Virus record (IMG/VR): IMGVR_UViG_3300037722_000529 | Span: 1-50,273 of that record | Length of the DNA stretch: 50,273 nt | Direction: 5' to 3' (one strand) | DNA from: a virus | Taxonomy: Duplodnaviria > Caudoviricetes | Translations under genes and position numbers: made by a program | Shown here: positions 9,932-18,993 of the stretch, one piece after another | Layout: each line of letters starts with the position of its first letter | How positions within the stretch are numbered: position 1 is the stretch's first letter | The notes under the pieces: generated by a model | Database searches by the model: none | What the model was told of the DNA's origin: nothing | The model's input: only the letters and a program-made list of their open reading frames with translations

Positions 9932-9966
9932 CTGTGCGTTGCGGCTGAGCGCCCGGCGTTCATGCT
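9932..9966 (+). promoter_or_regulatory. Late promoter motif, leaderless start at ATG 9973
   Basis: CTGTGCGTTGCGG-N16-CATGCT, then 6 nt to ATG. Confidence 0.72.
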
Positions 9967-9972
9967 GCCGGC

Positions 9973-10368
9973 ATGGAGCCGCTGGACCTTGCCACCTTCA
10001 AGCGCAACTCGACGCTGACGATTGATGCGATCATCAACGGGCTCGACGGCGAGGTGGCGAATCTCACCGGGCTGACCGGCGACGACATCCGCTGGGGGCT
10101 TTCCGCCCGCCGTGGCGGGCCTCGCCTTGTCACCATTGATCTTGACGCCGCCTCCGTTGGCACGGGCGCCATCACCATCGTCTCGGCGGTTGCCGGCACC
10201 ATCCGCATCCAGTTTCGCCCGCCGCTGCCGCCGGCCGATCCCGACCCCTTCCGGGCCAAGAACCAGCCGTATTGGCACGAGTGCGAGGTTGTGCTGGCCG
10301 AAACGGTCACCACGCAATTCTTCGGCCCGGTGAGGATCGAGCCGTCCATGCTGGCCGACACCGAATGA
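9973..10368 (+). CDS. Virion structural protein, beta-sandwich adaptor (BppU N-terminal-like)
   Basis: All-beta pattern and position at the head of the fibre cluster. Confidence 0.5.
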   Translation: MEPLDLATFKRNSTLTIDAIINGLDGEVANLTGLTGDDIRWGLSARRGGPRLVTIDLDAASVGTGAITIVSAVAGTIRIQFRPPLPPADPDPFRAKNQPYWHECEVVLAETVTTQFFGPVRIEPSMLADTE

Positions 10369-10378
10369 GGACAATCCG

Positions 10379-10804
10379 ATGAGCTTCTCCAATTACACCG
10401 CGCAAGCATTGCTCAATTCCCTGTTCGGCAAAACGTCGGCGCTCGGCGTGCTCGCCTCGGCTCCGGCCATCTATGTCGGGCTGTCCTCGACGACGCCGAC
10501 CGAAACCGGGACCAACGTCACCGAGCCGAGCGCTGGCGCCTATGCCCGCGTGGCGACGGTCGCGGGGGACTGGAACGCAGCCACGTCGGCCGATCCCAGC
10601 GTCGTTACCAACCTCAACGTCGTGACCTTTCCGAAGGCGACGGCCGATTGGCTTGTGGGCGCCGACCTGACCTACTTCGTGCTGTACGACGCCGCGACAT
10701 CCGGCAACTTCCTCGGCGCCGGTCTGCTCACCACGGCGAAACCGGTGTTGAACGACGACACGGCCTCCTTCGCCGCCGCTGCTCTTTCCATCAGCCTGGA
10801 TTGA
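10379..10804 (+). CDS. Conserved phage fibre-associated structural protein (141 aa)
   Basis: Family pattern MS.SNY...IYVGL.ST.P..G..EPS.GAYARV..VTFPKATADW..LYDAATSGNFL..SISLD; GAGGA RBS. Confidence 0.7.
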   Translation: MSFSNYTAQALLNSLFGKTSALGVLASAPAIYVGLSSTTPTETGTNVTEPSAGAYARVATVAGDWNAATSADPSVVTNLNVVTFPKATADWLVGADLTYFVLYDAATSGNFLGAGLLTTAKPVLNDDTASFAAAALSISLD

Positions 10805-10813
10805 GGACGTGAG

Positions 10814-11611
10814 GTGTCGGTTGTCAGAATCGGCGATGCAGTCGCTCCGCGCGTCGATGCAACGGGCGATGCCGACACTTTCCCCGCTGACGGTATCGCA
10901 CCTCTTGAGAACGCCGATGGATCGATCGAGGCAACCTCTGCCGACGGCAAGGCCCTCAAGCACCTCATCGGGCTGGCGCTGGTTGCCTCCCTCTGGAACG
11001 GCGCCCTTGCGTCGGTCAGTTCGTTTGCCGGCTCGGTCGGCGTTGCCAGGGCGCTCGCCGGCGCCCTTGCTTCGGTCTCTACCTTGGCGGGCGATCTTGC
11101 GGGCCGGGTTGGCTTCGTTGGGTCGATGGCTTCGTCGTCAACTCTGCTCGGCTCCCTGTTGTCGGTGCTTCGCCTCATCGCCGGAAGCCTTGTGGCTGTC
11201 AGCGCATTGTCCGGCGCCGCCGCCGTGGCCCGGCGGATCGCCGGAAGCCTCGCGGCCGTTTCGGCGTTCTCAGCGACATTGGATCGGCTCCGGGCGTTTG
11301 CCGGCAGTCTCGCCGCTGTGTCGGTATTCTCAGGGACATTGGGGCGGCTCAAGGCGCTCGCCGGAATCCTCGCGTCGGTCAGCGTATTTGCGGGCAGTTT
11401 TGAGCGCATCCGCGGCCTTGCCGGATCGCTGGCGTCGGTCAGCGCCTTCAGCGGGGCGGCGGCTATCGCACGTACTTTCGCGGGCGCGCTGGCGGCGGTT
11501 TCGGCGCTGGCCGGGAGTCTCACCGTTACCGCTGAAGTTTTTGTTCGCGTCACGGTTCCCGGCGATATCCGCGTCACAGTCGGCGGCGACACGCGCATCG
11601 TGATCCCGTGA
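10814..11611 (+). CDS. Fibre-associated protein with ~9 tandem 20-aa repeats
   Basis: Repeat consensus R.LAGSLA.VSAFSG.L; C-terminal VRVTVPGDIRVTVGGDTRIV. Confidence 0.65.
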   Translation: MSVVRIGDAVAPRVDATGDADTFPADGIAPLENADGSIEATSADGKALKHLIGLALVASLWNGALASVSSFAGSVGVARALAGALASVSTLAGDLAGRVGFVGSMASSSTLLGSLLSVLRLIAGSLVAVSALSGAAAVARRIAGSLAAVSAFSATLDRLRAFAGSLAAVSVFSGTLGRLKALAGILASVSVFAGSFERIRGLAGSLASVSAFSGAAAIARTFAGALAAVSALAGSLTVTAEVFVRVTVPGDIRVTVGGDTRIVIP

Positions 11612-11618
11612 GGACGTA

Positions 11619-12626
11619 ATGGCAAACGTCAAAATCTCCGACCTGACCGATGGCGACCCGATTGCCGCCGGCGATCTCGTCGAGATCGAGCGTCCGGGCG
11701 CACCCGCCGTCAGCCGCAAGGCCACGCTGGGGACGGCGGCGGCGAGCGCGGCTACCGCATTCCAACCGCTTGACGCTGATTTAACGGCGGTTGCCGCTCT
11801 GGCGACAACGACCGCCGGTCGGTCGGCGTTGACGATCGCCGATCCCGGCGCCGATCGTGTGGTGGCGTGGGACGATACCGCGGGAGCGATGGCCGCCATC
11901 GCGCTTGCGGACATCAACGCCGAAGCGGCGCCGGCCGCTGGCGATTTCGTGCTGGCGTACACAGCCGAGGGCGCGCTGGTCAAGGTCGATTGGGACGATT
12001 TGCCGAGTGCGACCGGGTCCGGCGCGTTCTCGGGCGATCCGTTCGAGTTTACGGGCGACGGCATCGTGACCGCCTTCGATCTTGCCACCGAAGTCGCGGG
12101 GCTGACCGAGATACCGGCCGGATCGATGATCCTGTGGATCGAGGACGGTATTCCACAGCACCAGGGCGTTCACTTCACCGTCGCGGGAACGGTCGTCACC
12201 CGCAACACGGCGCCGGTTAGTGGGGCGGTGATCGAGGGGTGGCTCGCTCGCGGCGTGGTGTCGGACTTTCTGAACCTTGCGTTCACTATCGATGGCGGCG
12301 GGGCGGTGATCGCTACCGGGCTGGTTCCGGGGCACGTTCTTATTCCGGCGGGGTTCGAGATCGTCGAGTGGACGCTGCTCGCGGACCAGACCGGCTCTAT
12401 AGTTGTAGATATTTGGAAAGACACCTACGCCAACTATCCGCCGACCGTGGCGGACACGATCACGGCCGCGGCTAAGCCGACAATTTCGACGGCCGTCAAG
12501 GGTCAGTCTAGCACGCTTACTAGTTGGACGACGACACTCGCGGCCGACGACGTACTGCTGTTCAACGTCGACAGCGTGACTAGCATCCAAAGCGTCACGC
12601 TGTTCCTGAAACTGGAGAGGGCATGA
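11619..12626 (+). CDS. Tail fibre stalk/adaptor protein 1
   Basis: N-terminal MANVKISDLT, fibre motif FQPLDADLTAVAAL..GRSAL, FTGDG repeat-type module, C-terminal beta-sandwich. Confidence 0.7.
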   Translation: MANVKISDLTDGDPIAAGDLVEIERPGAPAVSRKATLGTAAASAATAFQPLDADLTAVAALATTTAGRSALTIADPGADRVVAWDDTAGAMAAIALADINAEAAPAAGDFVLAYTAEGALVKVDWDDLPSATGSGAFSGDPFEFTGDGIVTAFDLATEVAGLTEIPAGSMILWIEDGIPQHQGVHFTVAGTVVTRNTAPVSGAVIEGWLARGVVSDFLNLAFTIDGGGAVIATGLVPGHVLIPAGFEIVEWTLLADQTGSIVVDIWKDTYANYPPTVADTITAAAKPTISTAVKGQSSTLTSWTTTLAADDVLLFNVDSVTSIQSVTLFLKLERA

Positions 12627-12659
12627 CAATGACCGCCACTAACTCACAAGGAGCCAGAC

Positions 12660-12974
12660 ATGGCAATAGATGACCCGCAGGCTGTGAAGTTCTGCAACGA
12701 GAAAATCCGGCCGGCGGCCGACCGCTACGCGCAACTCTACTGGACGGCGAAAATCCTGATTGCCGAATGGAATGCGGCCGGACTCGGTACACTCATTCCG
12801 AATACGGCTGATGTTGTGGTTGACGGCTCGGCAACAGATGGCCGCTCACCGATCACTGGGGTGATGGTGAACGCCTTCAAGAACAACCTTCAGCTTCTCG
12901 TCACCGATCTGGAAGCCAGCGCCGGCGTCAAGCTGAACGGCCTGACGCAAATCGCGGTGCATGAGGAGCCGTAA
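12660..12974 (+). CDS. Small helical protein in fibre cluster
   Basis: AAGGAG RBS; coupled to the next gene. Confidence 0.65.
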   Translation: MAIDDPQAVKFCNEKIRPAADRYAQLYWTAKILIAEWNAAGLGTLIPNTADVVVDGSATDGRSPITGVMVNAFKNNLQLLVTDLEASAGVKLNGLTQIAVHEEP

Positions 12975-14392
12975 TGGCCTTCACGAATTTCTGTTGCCGG
13001 TCGGGCGGGTCGAACCTCAACGCGGGGACTCTGACTGGCGACACGACCGAGCCGGCGATTACGGCGGCGTTCACCTATGGCTCCGGGTCGTGGGTGCAAT
13101 CGACCGGCGTGTTTACGGTTGCATCGGGCGATCCGGCAGCGGACGGCGTTGCGGTTGGTGATTTCGCCTCGGTCTATCCCGACGCTGCTTCGGTGACGCC
13201 CTTCGTCGGCCGGGTGACGGCACGGGATGCGACCACGATCACGGTGTCGTCCACGGCCAAGGCGGGAACTAAACCTGCGGATGGCACCAGCGACACGACA
13301 TTGAAGATCGGCGGCGCGTGGAAGGGGCCAAACGGCAGCGAGGCGTTTCCGTTCAACTTTGTGCAAAGCACGCTCACCAACGCGTCAGGACACTTCCCGC
13401 GCATCAATTTCAAGAACGATGCGCAATACGACATTACGGCAGCAATGACGCACGGCAACGCTGGTCCGATGCGTTTTGAAGGGTACTCGTCCGCTTATGG
13501 AGACGGCGGCCGGGCGACAATTGACGGCGGTACGTCCGGCGCAAGTTATAAGTTGCTTTTGTCCACCGTTGCGGATGCCGATCTTGCTTACTTAATCTTC
13601 GCCAACAATGGGGCTTCGGGAAGCGCACATCTTGTCGAACTACAGGTCCGGGCCCTCGCTTTTCGCTGCGTTTTCCATGACAGCCGAGGCAATGGACTAC
13701 GTTTGGAGTACGGTAACGCGCACCTCGTAATGGAATGCGAAGCCTATGCCTGCAACAAGAGCAATTCGGTCACGGGCGCTTTCCTTGTGGGTGGTCAAAC
13801 TTGGTTACTGCGCTGCATTTCTCACGACAATATCGGGACAAACGGTAACGGTTTTATGATCGGCGCCGGCACTATCTTAGATCGATGTATTGCGGATACG
13901 AATGGAGGCAGTGGGATTTACACGACCACGCCATCCCGTTTCGTCATTTCAGGATGCGATTTATACAACAATGGGGGGTCTGGGATAATAATGTCCGGGA
14001 CCAACCGCCCGCTGATTGAAAACTGCAATTTTGTAAAGAATGGCCGCTACGGTATCGAAGGTTATGATGCGGTCGCGCGATCTGGGGATATCGTTAACTG
14101 TGGCTTTGGGGCCGGGACGCAGGCCAATACATCCGGTCAACTTAACAATATGGACAATCTTGTTCAGCATGGACTCGTCACCTACGACGATGACGTAACA
14201 CCTTGGGTCGATCCCGCCAACGGCGATTTCAGGATCAATCTGGCGGCGGCCAAGGGAACGGGTCGTGGGGCATTCACACAGACGGCTGGAAGCTATGCCG
14301 GTGCAGTCGGCTATCCCGACATCGGCGCGGTGCAGCATCAGGACGCGGGCGGCGGCGGTGGAACACGAGGCTACGCGTCTTTCATAGGTTGA
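12974..14392 (+). CDS. Receptor-binding protein with right-handed beta-helix (pectate-lyase-like) domain
   Basis: Repeats such as RCVFHDSRGNG, RCIADTNGGSGI, GCDLYNNGGSGI, NCNFVKNGRYGI; ending VDPANGDFRI..YPDIGAVQ; AT-richer codon usage ~13400-14200. Confidence 0.75.
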   Translation: MAFTNFCCRSGGSNLNAGTLTGDTTEPAITAAFTYGSGSWVQSTGVFTVASGDPAADGVAVGDFASVYPDAASVTPFVGRVTARDATTITVSSTAKAGTKPADGTSDTTLKIGGAWKGPNGSEAFPFNFVQSTLTNASGHFPRINFKNDAQYDITAAMTHGNAGPMRFEGYSSAYGDGGRATIDGGTSGASYKLLLSTVADADLAYLIFANNGASGSAHLVELQVRALAFRCVFHDSRGNGLRLEYGNAHLVMECEAYACNKSNSVTGAFLVGGQTWLLRCISHDNIGTNGNGFMIGAGTILDRCIADTNGGSGIYTTTPSRFVISGCDLYNNGGSGIIMSGTNRPLIENCNFVKNGRYGIEGYDAVARSGDIVNCGFGAGTQANTSGQLNNMDNLVQHGLVTYDDDVTPWVDPANGDFRINLAAAKGTGRGAFTQTAGSYAGAVGYPDIGAVQHQDAGGGGGTRGYASFIG

Positions 14393-14396
14393 TTAG

Positions 14397-15167
14397 ATGG
14401 CAATTCGCAAAACCAAAGTATCGATGGTCGACGACGCCGGCGACGCGGCGGCCAAGAACACCGGCACCGGCTCCGGCGACGTGGCGGCGGGCGACCACAA
14501 CCACAGCGGCGTCTATCAGCCGGCCGACGCCGCCCTGGATACGCTCGCCGGCGCCGGTAACAGCGCGGTTCTGGCGGCGACGACGGCATCGTTCCTCACC
14601 GCCGACGAGACCAAACTCGACGGCATCGAAAGCGGCGCGACGGCGGATCAGTCGGCGGCGGAAATCCTCACGGCCGTCAAGACCGTGGACGGCGCCGCCT
14701 CCGGGTTGGACGCCGACCTGTTGGACGGCAACGAGGCGTCGGCGTTCGCGCTCGCCGGGGCGCCGCTGATAATCCCCGCCAGCGATCACACCGCCGAGGG
14801 GCCGAACACCGCGGCGATCAACGCCGGGGCGACCGTCGCGGCGTTTGAGTTGGTTTATCTTGCGTCTACCGGTAAGTGGGTGCTGACCGACGCGGACGCC
14901 GCGGCGACGGCGATCGGAATGCTGGCGCTGGCGCTGGAGGCCGGCACCGACACTAATCCGATGTCGGTGGCGTTGGCCGGGTCGCTCGTGCGCGACGACA
15001 CTTGGGTGTGGACGGTGGGCGCGGTGCTCTACGTGTCGACGACCCCCGGAGCGATGACCGAGACGGCGCCGTCGGCGACCGGGGACATTGTGCGTGTCGT
15101 CGGCTACGCCGTGTCGGCTGACGTTGTATATTTCCTGCCGTCCGGTGGCTGGGTGGAGATCGCGTGA
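14397..15167 (+). CDS. Tail fibre stalk/adaptor protein 2
   Basis: Motifs TKLDGIESGATADQ and SGLDADLLDG; C-terminal domain GAVLYVSTTPGAMTETAPS..VRVVGYA resembles capsid-fibre/cement-like domains. Confidence 0.7.
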   Translation: MAIRKTKVSMVDDAGDAAAKNTGTGSGDVAAGDHNHSGVYQPADAALDTLAGAGNSAVLAATTASFLTADETKLDGIESGATADQSAAEILTAVKTVDGAASGLDADLLDGNEASAFALAGAPLIIPASDHTAEGPNTAAINAGATVAAFELVYLASTGKWVLTDADAAATAIGMLALALEAGTDTNPMSVALAGSLVRDDTWVWTVGAVLYVSTTPGAMTETAPSATGDIVRVVGYAVSADVVYFLPSGGWVEIA

Positions 15168-15220
15168 TGGCCGTCACCCGTCGCGTTAGTCGCACATCGT
15201 TTCAAATATAGGAAAATCCA

Positions 15221-15625
15221 ATGAGGACCATCGTCACAGAGGACATAAAGACGGCCGCGCTTGCGGACGCGCTGGTGGCGCGCGAACACGAGATGTTCGG
15301 CTACCAGGTCAATATCGACAACTACACCGCGATGCTGGCGGTACTGCCGACCGGCGATTGGCCGGAACCGCTCGCAAAGTGGAAGGCCACGGCGGTGGCT
15401 TCGTTGCCCGCCGAGATGGACGACGCGACAGTGCAGCAAATCGTCGACCTGCAATACCGGGACCGGCTGCGCAGCCTGCTTCGTACCGAGAGGGTCGAAC
15501 AGGGCAAGAGCCGCCGGGTTTGGGAAGCGCTGCAAGGCCAGATCGCGCCTGACAAGATCGACGCGGCCATCGATGAGGCGGTGATTCGCCGGGCCGCGGA
15601 CCTGGCAACGGCAACGACCCGCTAA
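15221..15625 (+). CDS. Small helical protein preceding the beta-propeller protein
   Basis: AGGA RBS; coherent 134-aa ORF (AREHEMFGYQVNIDNY). Confidence 0.7.
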   Translation: MRTIVTEDIKTAALADALVAREHEMFGYQVNIDNYTAMLAVLPTGDWPEPLAKWKATAVASLPAEMDDATVQQIVDLQYRDRLRSLLRTERVEQGKSRRVWEALQGQIAPDKIDAAIDEAVIRRAADLATATTR

Positions 15626-15646
15626 CTTGTTCGGAGTGAGCAGCCG

Positions 15647-16720
15647 ATGGCCGATAATGTAGCCGTCGCTCACACCACGACGCCCTTCGTTTCGGCGTAC
15701 CCGTGGGCCGCCGGGTTTGGCACCAAGTACAGCGACCCGGCGACTCTGCCGGCGAGTACGGGCAATAGCGTTGCCTTCCCGCCGGATGGCGCGGATGTAG
15801 CCGTCGCTCACAACACCACGCCCTTTGTTTCGGCTTATCCGTGGGCCGCCGGGTTCGGCACCAAGTACAGCGATCCGGCCACGTTGCCACCAAACACAGG
15901 TCAGTGTGTTGTCTTCTCACCGGATGGTGCTGACATAGTTGTCGGTCATGTGCTCACCCCTTATGCTTCAGCCTACCCGTGGTCGGCGGGCTTCGGCACC
16001 AAGTACAGCGATCCAACGACCGGGCTGGATAGGACTGCTAATTCCCTCGCGTTTTCGCCGGATGGCGCGGACATAGCCATCGGTCGCGTAGATACGCCCT
16101 TCGTCTTGGCCTATTCGTGGTCATCGGGCTTCGGGACGAGGTACAGCGATCCGGCGACGACGCCAACGGATCACAGCGATGCCGTTGCCTTCTCGCCGGA
16201 TGGCGCGGACCTCGCTGTCGGGTCTCAGGGCTCACCCTACCTTTCAGCGTACCCGTGGGCGTCGGGCTTCGGCACCAAGTATAGCGATCCGGCGACGCCG
16301 GTGCCGGACAGAACTCGGGGTATTGCTTTCTCGCCCGACGGCGCGGACATCGTCGACGCCCACGACACCACGCCGTTCGTCTCGGCATATCCGTGGGCGT
16401 CGGGCTTCGGGACCAAGTACAGCAACCCGGCAACTCTGCCGGCGGGTCGGGGCGGTGAAGTCGCCTTCTCGCCCGACGGCGCGGACACAGCCGTCGCGCA
16501 CGACACCACGCCGTTCGTCTCGGCATATCCGTGGGCGTCGGGCTTCGGGACCAAGTACAGCAACCCGGCGACTCTACCGGCGGGTCGGGGCAATGGCGTT
16601 GCGTTCGGTCTGGAGCCGGCGGCGGCCGGCTGGACCGGGGTCGTCCTCGGCGTCACCAATCCCGGCAAGGTGATGGGCGTCGCCGCCGCCAACATCGGCA
16701 AGGTCATGGGGGTGGCGTGA
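15647..16720 (+). CDS. Seven-repeat WD40-like beta-propeller, putative receptor-binding protein
   Basis: Seven 46-aa repeats VAVAH.TTPFVSAYPW..GFGTKYSDPATLP..G..VAFSPDGAD. Confidence 0.8.
   Translation: MADNVAVAHTTTPFVSAYPWAAGFGTKYSDPATLPASTGNSVAFPPDGADVAVAHNTTPFVSAYPWAAGFGTKYSDPATLPPNTGQCVVFSPDGADIVVGHVLTPYASAYPWSAGFGTKYSDPTTGLDRTANSLAFSPDGADIAIGRVDTPFVLAYSWSSGFGTRYSDPATTPTDHSDAVAFSPDGADLAVGSQGSPYLSAYPWASGFGTKYSDPATPVPDRTRGIAFSPDGADIVDAHDTTPFVSAYPWASGFGTKYSNPATLPAGRGGEVAFSPDGADTAVAHDTTPFVSAYPWASGFGTKYSNPATLPAGRGNGVAFGLEPAAAGWTGVVLGVTNPGKVMGVAAANIGKVMGVA
15659..16605 (+). repeat. 138-bp tandem coding repeats x7
   Basis: Matching blocks at 15659/15797 and at 16361/16499, each 138 nt apart. 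Confidence 0.85.
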
Positions 16721-16886
16721 AGCCGATATCTTCGACCGATATGCCCGCCGTTTCCCGCTCGGCGGCGGCGATGGCGGCGCTCAAGGCGATTCCTTCCGCC
16801 GCATCGCGATCGTCATGGTGCAACGCCGCCAGACGCTTGCGGGCCGCGTCGATCAAGAGAGCGAGATCGTGTCGTGTCATCGCCAT
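16704..16886 (-). CDS. Small hypothetical protein (60 aa), opposite orientation
   Basis: AAGGA RBS, then MAMTRHDLALLIDAARKRL...; fills the gap between the fibre and lysis modules. Confidence 0.55.
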   Translation of the reverse strand: MAMTRHDLALLIDAARKRLAALHHDDRDAAEGIALSAAIAAAERETAGISVEDIGFTPPP

Positions 16887-16996
16887 GTCCTTATCGCTTT
16901 GGTTGGCCGCATGAAACTCTCCGCCGCCCTCGTCGTCAAGAACGAGGAACCGATCCTCGCCCCGGCTGCCCTGCGGGAATAGATGATCCCATCTGT

Positions 16997-17032
16997 CTGT
17001 GCGTTGCAGCCACGATGATGCCCGATCACGCT
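16997..17032 (+). promoter_or_regulatory. Late promoter motif for the lysis operon
   Basis: CTGTGCGTTGCAG-N17-CACGCT; leader with GGAGA to ATG 17056. Confidence 0.68.
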
Positions 17033-17055
17033 GACTCCACATTGGAGACAGCAAA

Positions 17056-17223
17056 ATGGCCACTTTCCTGATTCTCATCTTCGTCGCCGCCATCGCCGGC
17101 GGGGCCGGCTGGTACGTCGGTCGCCATGGATTCCACGGCGCCTGGGCGGCGCTGGCGGCGGTCGTCAGCGGTGTCGGCGGCACTGTCGCGGCCTGGCTCG
17201 GCGGCGGCGGGCCGACGCCGTGA
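17056..17223 (+). CDS. Small two-TM membrane protein (55 aa), holin candidate; not in ORF track
   Basis: MATFLILIFVAAIAGGAGWYVG..AWAALAAVVSGVGGTVAAWL; its TGA overlaps the endolysin GTG. Confidence 0.6.
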   Translation: MATFLILIFVAAIAGGAGWYVGRHGFHGAWAALAAVVSGVGGTVAAWLGGGGPTP

Positions 17224-17972
17224 CGGTGGACTTTCACGGTCCTGCTCGACCTCTTGACCCGGCCGACGTAACGCTGATCGCCGGCTACCTCGGCTGCCAG
17301 GTCGCCGCCGTGCGCGCCGTCTTGGCCGTCGAGACAACCGGCAAGGGCTTCACGCCCGACCGCGCCCCGATCATCCTCAACGAGCCGCACGTTTTCTACC
17401 GTGAACTCGGCGCTGGCGAGAAGCGCGACCGCGCCGTGCGCGAGGGCCTCGCCTACGCCAAATGGGGCGCCAAGCCCTACCCGAAAACACAGGCCGAGCG
17501 TTACCGATGGCTGCGCGCCGCCACGGCGATCGACGAGGACGCTGCGCTGCGGTCATGTTCGTGGGGCTTGGGGCAGGTGATGGGCTTCAATCACGCGGCT
17601 GCCGGATTTGCGACCGTGCATCAGTTCGTCCGGGCGATGACCGTTTCGGAGGGAGCTCAGCTCTACGCGATGGCGCGGTTCATCGTCGCCAAAAACTTGC
17701 AACGCCACCTGCGGACCCTGCGCTGGGCGGCCTTCGCCAAGGGCTACAACGGCGCCGGCTACGCCAAGAACGCCTACCACACCAAGCTCGCGGCGGCCTA
17801 CGCCGCGCGGCCACTCGCCGAACGGGTCATACCGATACCGCCGCCAACCGAGATGCGGCTGAACGATCTGCTCGAAGCACCGGCACCGACGGTCCCGGCA
17901 CCGACGCCGCGCCCGTGGTGGCTCGCGGCGATCGACTTCGTCCTGTCCATCTTCAAAAGGAAATCACCATGA
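17220..17972 (+). CDS. Endolysin, N-acetylmuramidase (DUF3380 family)
   Basis: AVLAVETTGKGF, ILNEPHVF, SCSWGLGQVMGFNH, WAAFAKGYNGAGY. Confidence 0.9.
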   Translation: MTVDFHGPARPLDPADVTLIAGYLGCQVAAVRAVLAVETTGKGFTPDRAPIILNEPHVFYRELGAGEKRDRAVREGLAYAKWGAKPYPKTQAERYRWLRAATAIDEDAALRSCSWGLGQVMGFNHAAAGFATVHQFVRAMTVSEGAQLYAMARFIVAKNLQRHLRTLRWAAFAKGYNGAGYAKNAYHTKLAAAYAARPLAERVIPIPPPTEMRLNDLLEAPAPTVPAPTPRPWWLAAIDFVLSIFKRKSP

Positions 17973-18250
17973 ACATGACCGCACTCGCCGTCGCGGCTGG
18001 GGTCGGCGTTGCATTCGCGGCGACCGTCTGGCTGTTCTGGCCAAAGATCGGATCGTGGTTCCGCGATTCGGAGACACTGTTCTGGGCGCGACTGCAGGTG
18101 GCGGCCGGGGCAATTCTCGGCGCCGTCGCCGTGACCGACATCACGCCGATCTTTCAGGCGTTCGGGCTCGCCAAGTGGACGCCGGTCTATCTGGTGGCGT
18201 CGGGCCTGTTGACCGAAGTCTTGCGGCGGTCGCGGGCGACGGACCTCTGA
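17969..18250 (+). CDS. Membrane protein of lysis cassette
   Basis: Three hydrophobic segments; RDSETLFWARLQ; ATGA coupling. Confidence 0.65.
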   Translation: MNMTALAVAAGVGVAFAATVWLFWPKIGSWFRDSETLFWARLQVAAGAILGAVAVTDITPIFQAFGLAKWTPVYLVASGLLTEVLRRSRATDL

Positions 18251-18254
18251 TCCG

Positions 18255-18653
18255 ATGCTCGCGACGATTCTCGGTTTCTTCGGCGGCCCGCTGATCAACG
18301 GCCTGATCGCCGGCTACAAGGCGAAATTGACCGCGACCCAGACCAGCGAGGCGCTGGCGGCCGATCTCGCCGCCCAGCGGATCGCGGCCGAAATCGAGAG
18401 CCGCCGCGAGGCCCGGACCATCATCGTCGCCGAACAAGGGCGGTGGTACACGGCGCTGCCGCGCCCGCTGTTCGCGCTGATCGTGCTGATCTACGTCGGC
18501 AAGGTGGTGCTGTGGGATTCAGTTCTCGGCTGGGGCAGCACGCCCGCGATCGGCGGCGCGGTCGGCGAGTGGATGGGCTGGATCGTGGCGGCTTATTTCG
18601 GCGGGCGCACCGTGGAGAAGGTCGCGCAGACGGTGACGAGGCGGCGCCGATGA
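18255..18653 (+). CDS. Holin-like membrane protein (3TM-holin-like)
   Basis: LPRPLFALIVLIY and IVAAYFGGRTVEK motifs. Confidence 0.65.
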   Translation: MLATILGFFGGPLINGLIAGYKAKLTATQTSEALAADLAAQRIAAEIESRREARTIIVAEQGRWYTALPRPLFALIVLIYVGKVVLWDSVLGWGSTPAIGGAVGEWMGWIVAAYFGGRTVEKVAQTVTRRRR

Positions 18654-18985
18654 CCGACGACTGCGAGCGCGACTTGCGAGAGAAAATCGCGGTCCTCAAC
18701 GAACGCCTGGTCGGCATGGAAACGGCCAGACGATTGCAAGCCGATGAGTATGCCCGGCGCCTCGATGAACTCAATCACGCTCACGATCAAGCGATAGCGC
18801 GCAACGCCCACTACGTCACCCGAGAAATGTGGGAGGCGCGAAATGTGGAGAGCAACAACTGGCGGCGTGGAGTGGACCGGGAGATGTCGGAACTTCGCGG
18901 CAACCGCGCCGGGCTGTTCAGCGCCATGTCCATGCTGATCGCGCTCATCGCCGTCGGATTGACCGTCCTGCAATGGCTGAGCTGA
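18650..18985 (+). CDS. Coiled-coil protein with C-terminal TM helix
   Basis: ATGA-coupled; hydrophobic C-terminus. Confidence 0.6.
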   Translation: MTDDCERDLREKIAVLNERLVGMETARRLQADEYARRLDELNHAHDQAIARNAHYVTREMWEARNVESNNWRRGVDREMSELRGNRAGLFSAMSMLIALIAVGLTVLQWLS

Positions 18986-18993
18986 GGATTACC

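Noticed and set aside
15659-16605. CRISPR array
   Set aside because: The units are 138-bp coding repeats with synonymous variation, without unique spacers or cas genes.
15647-16720. Diversity-generating retroelement (BPP-1-like phage with repeats in an RBP)
   Set aside because: No reverse transcriptase or Avd gene; repeats are in-frame tandem blades and differences are not adenine-specific.
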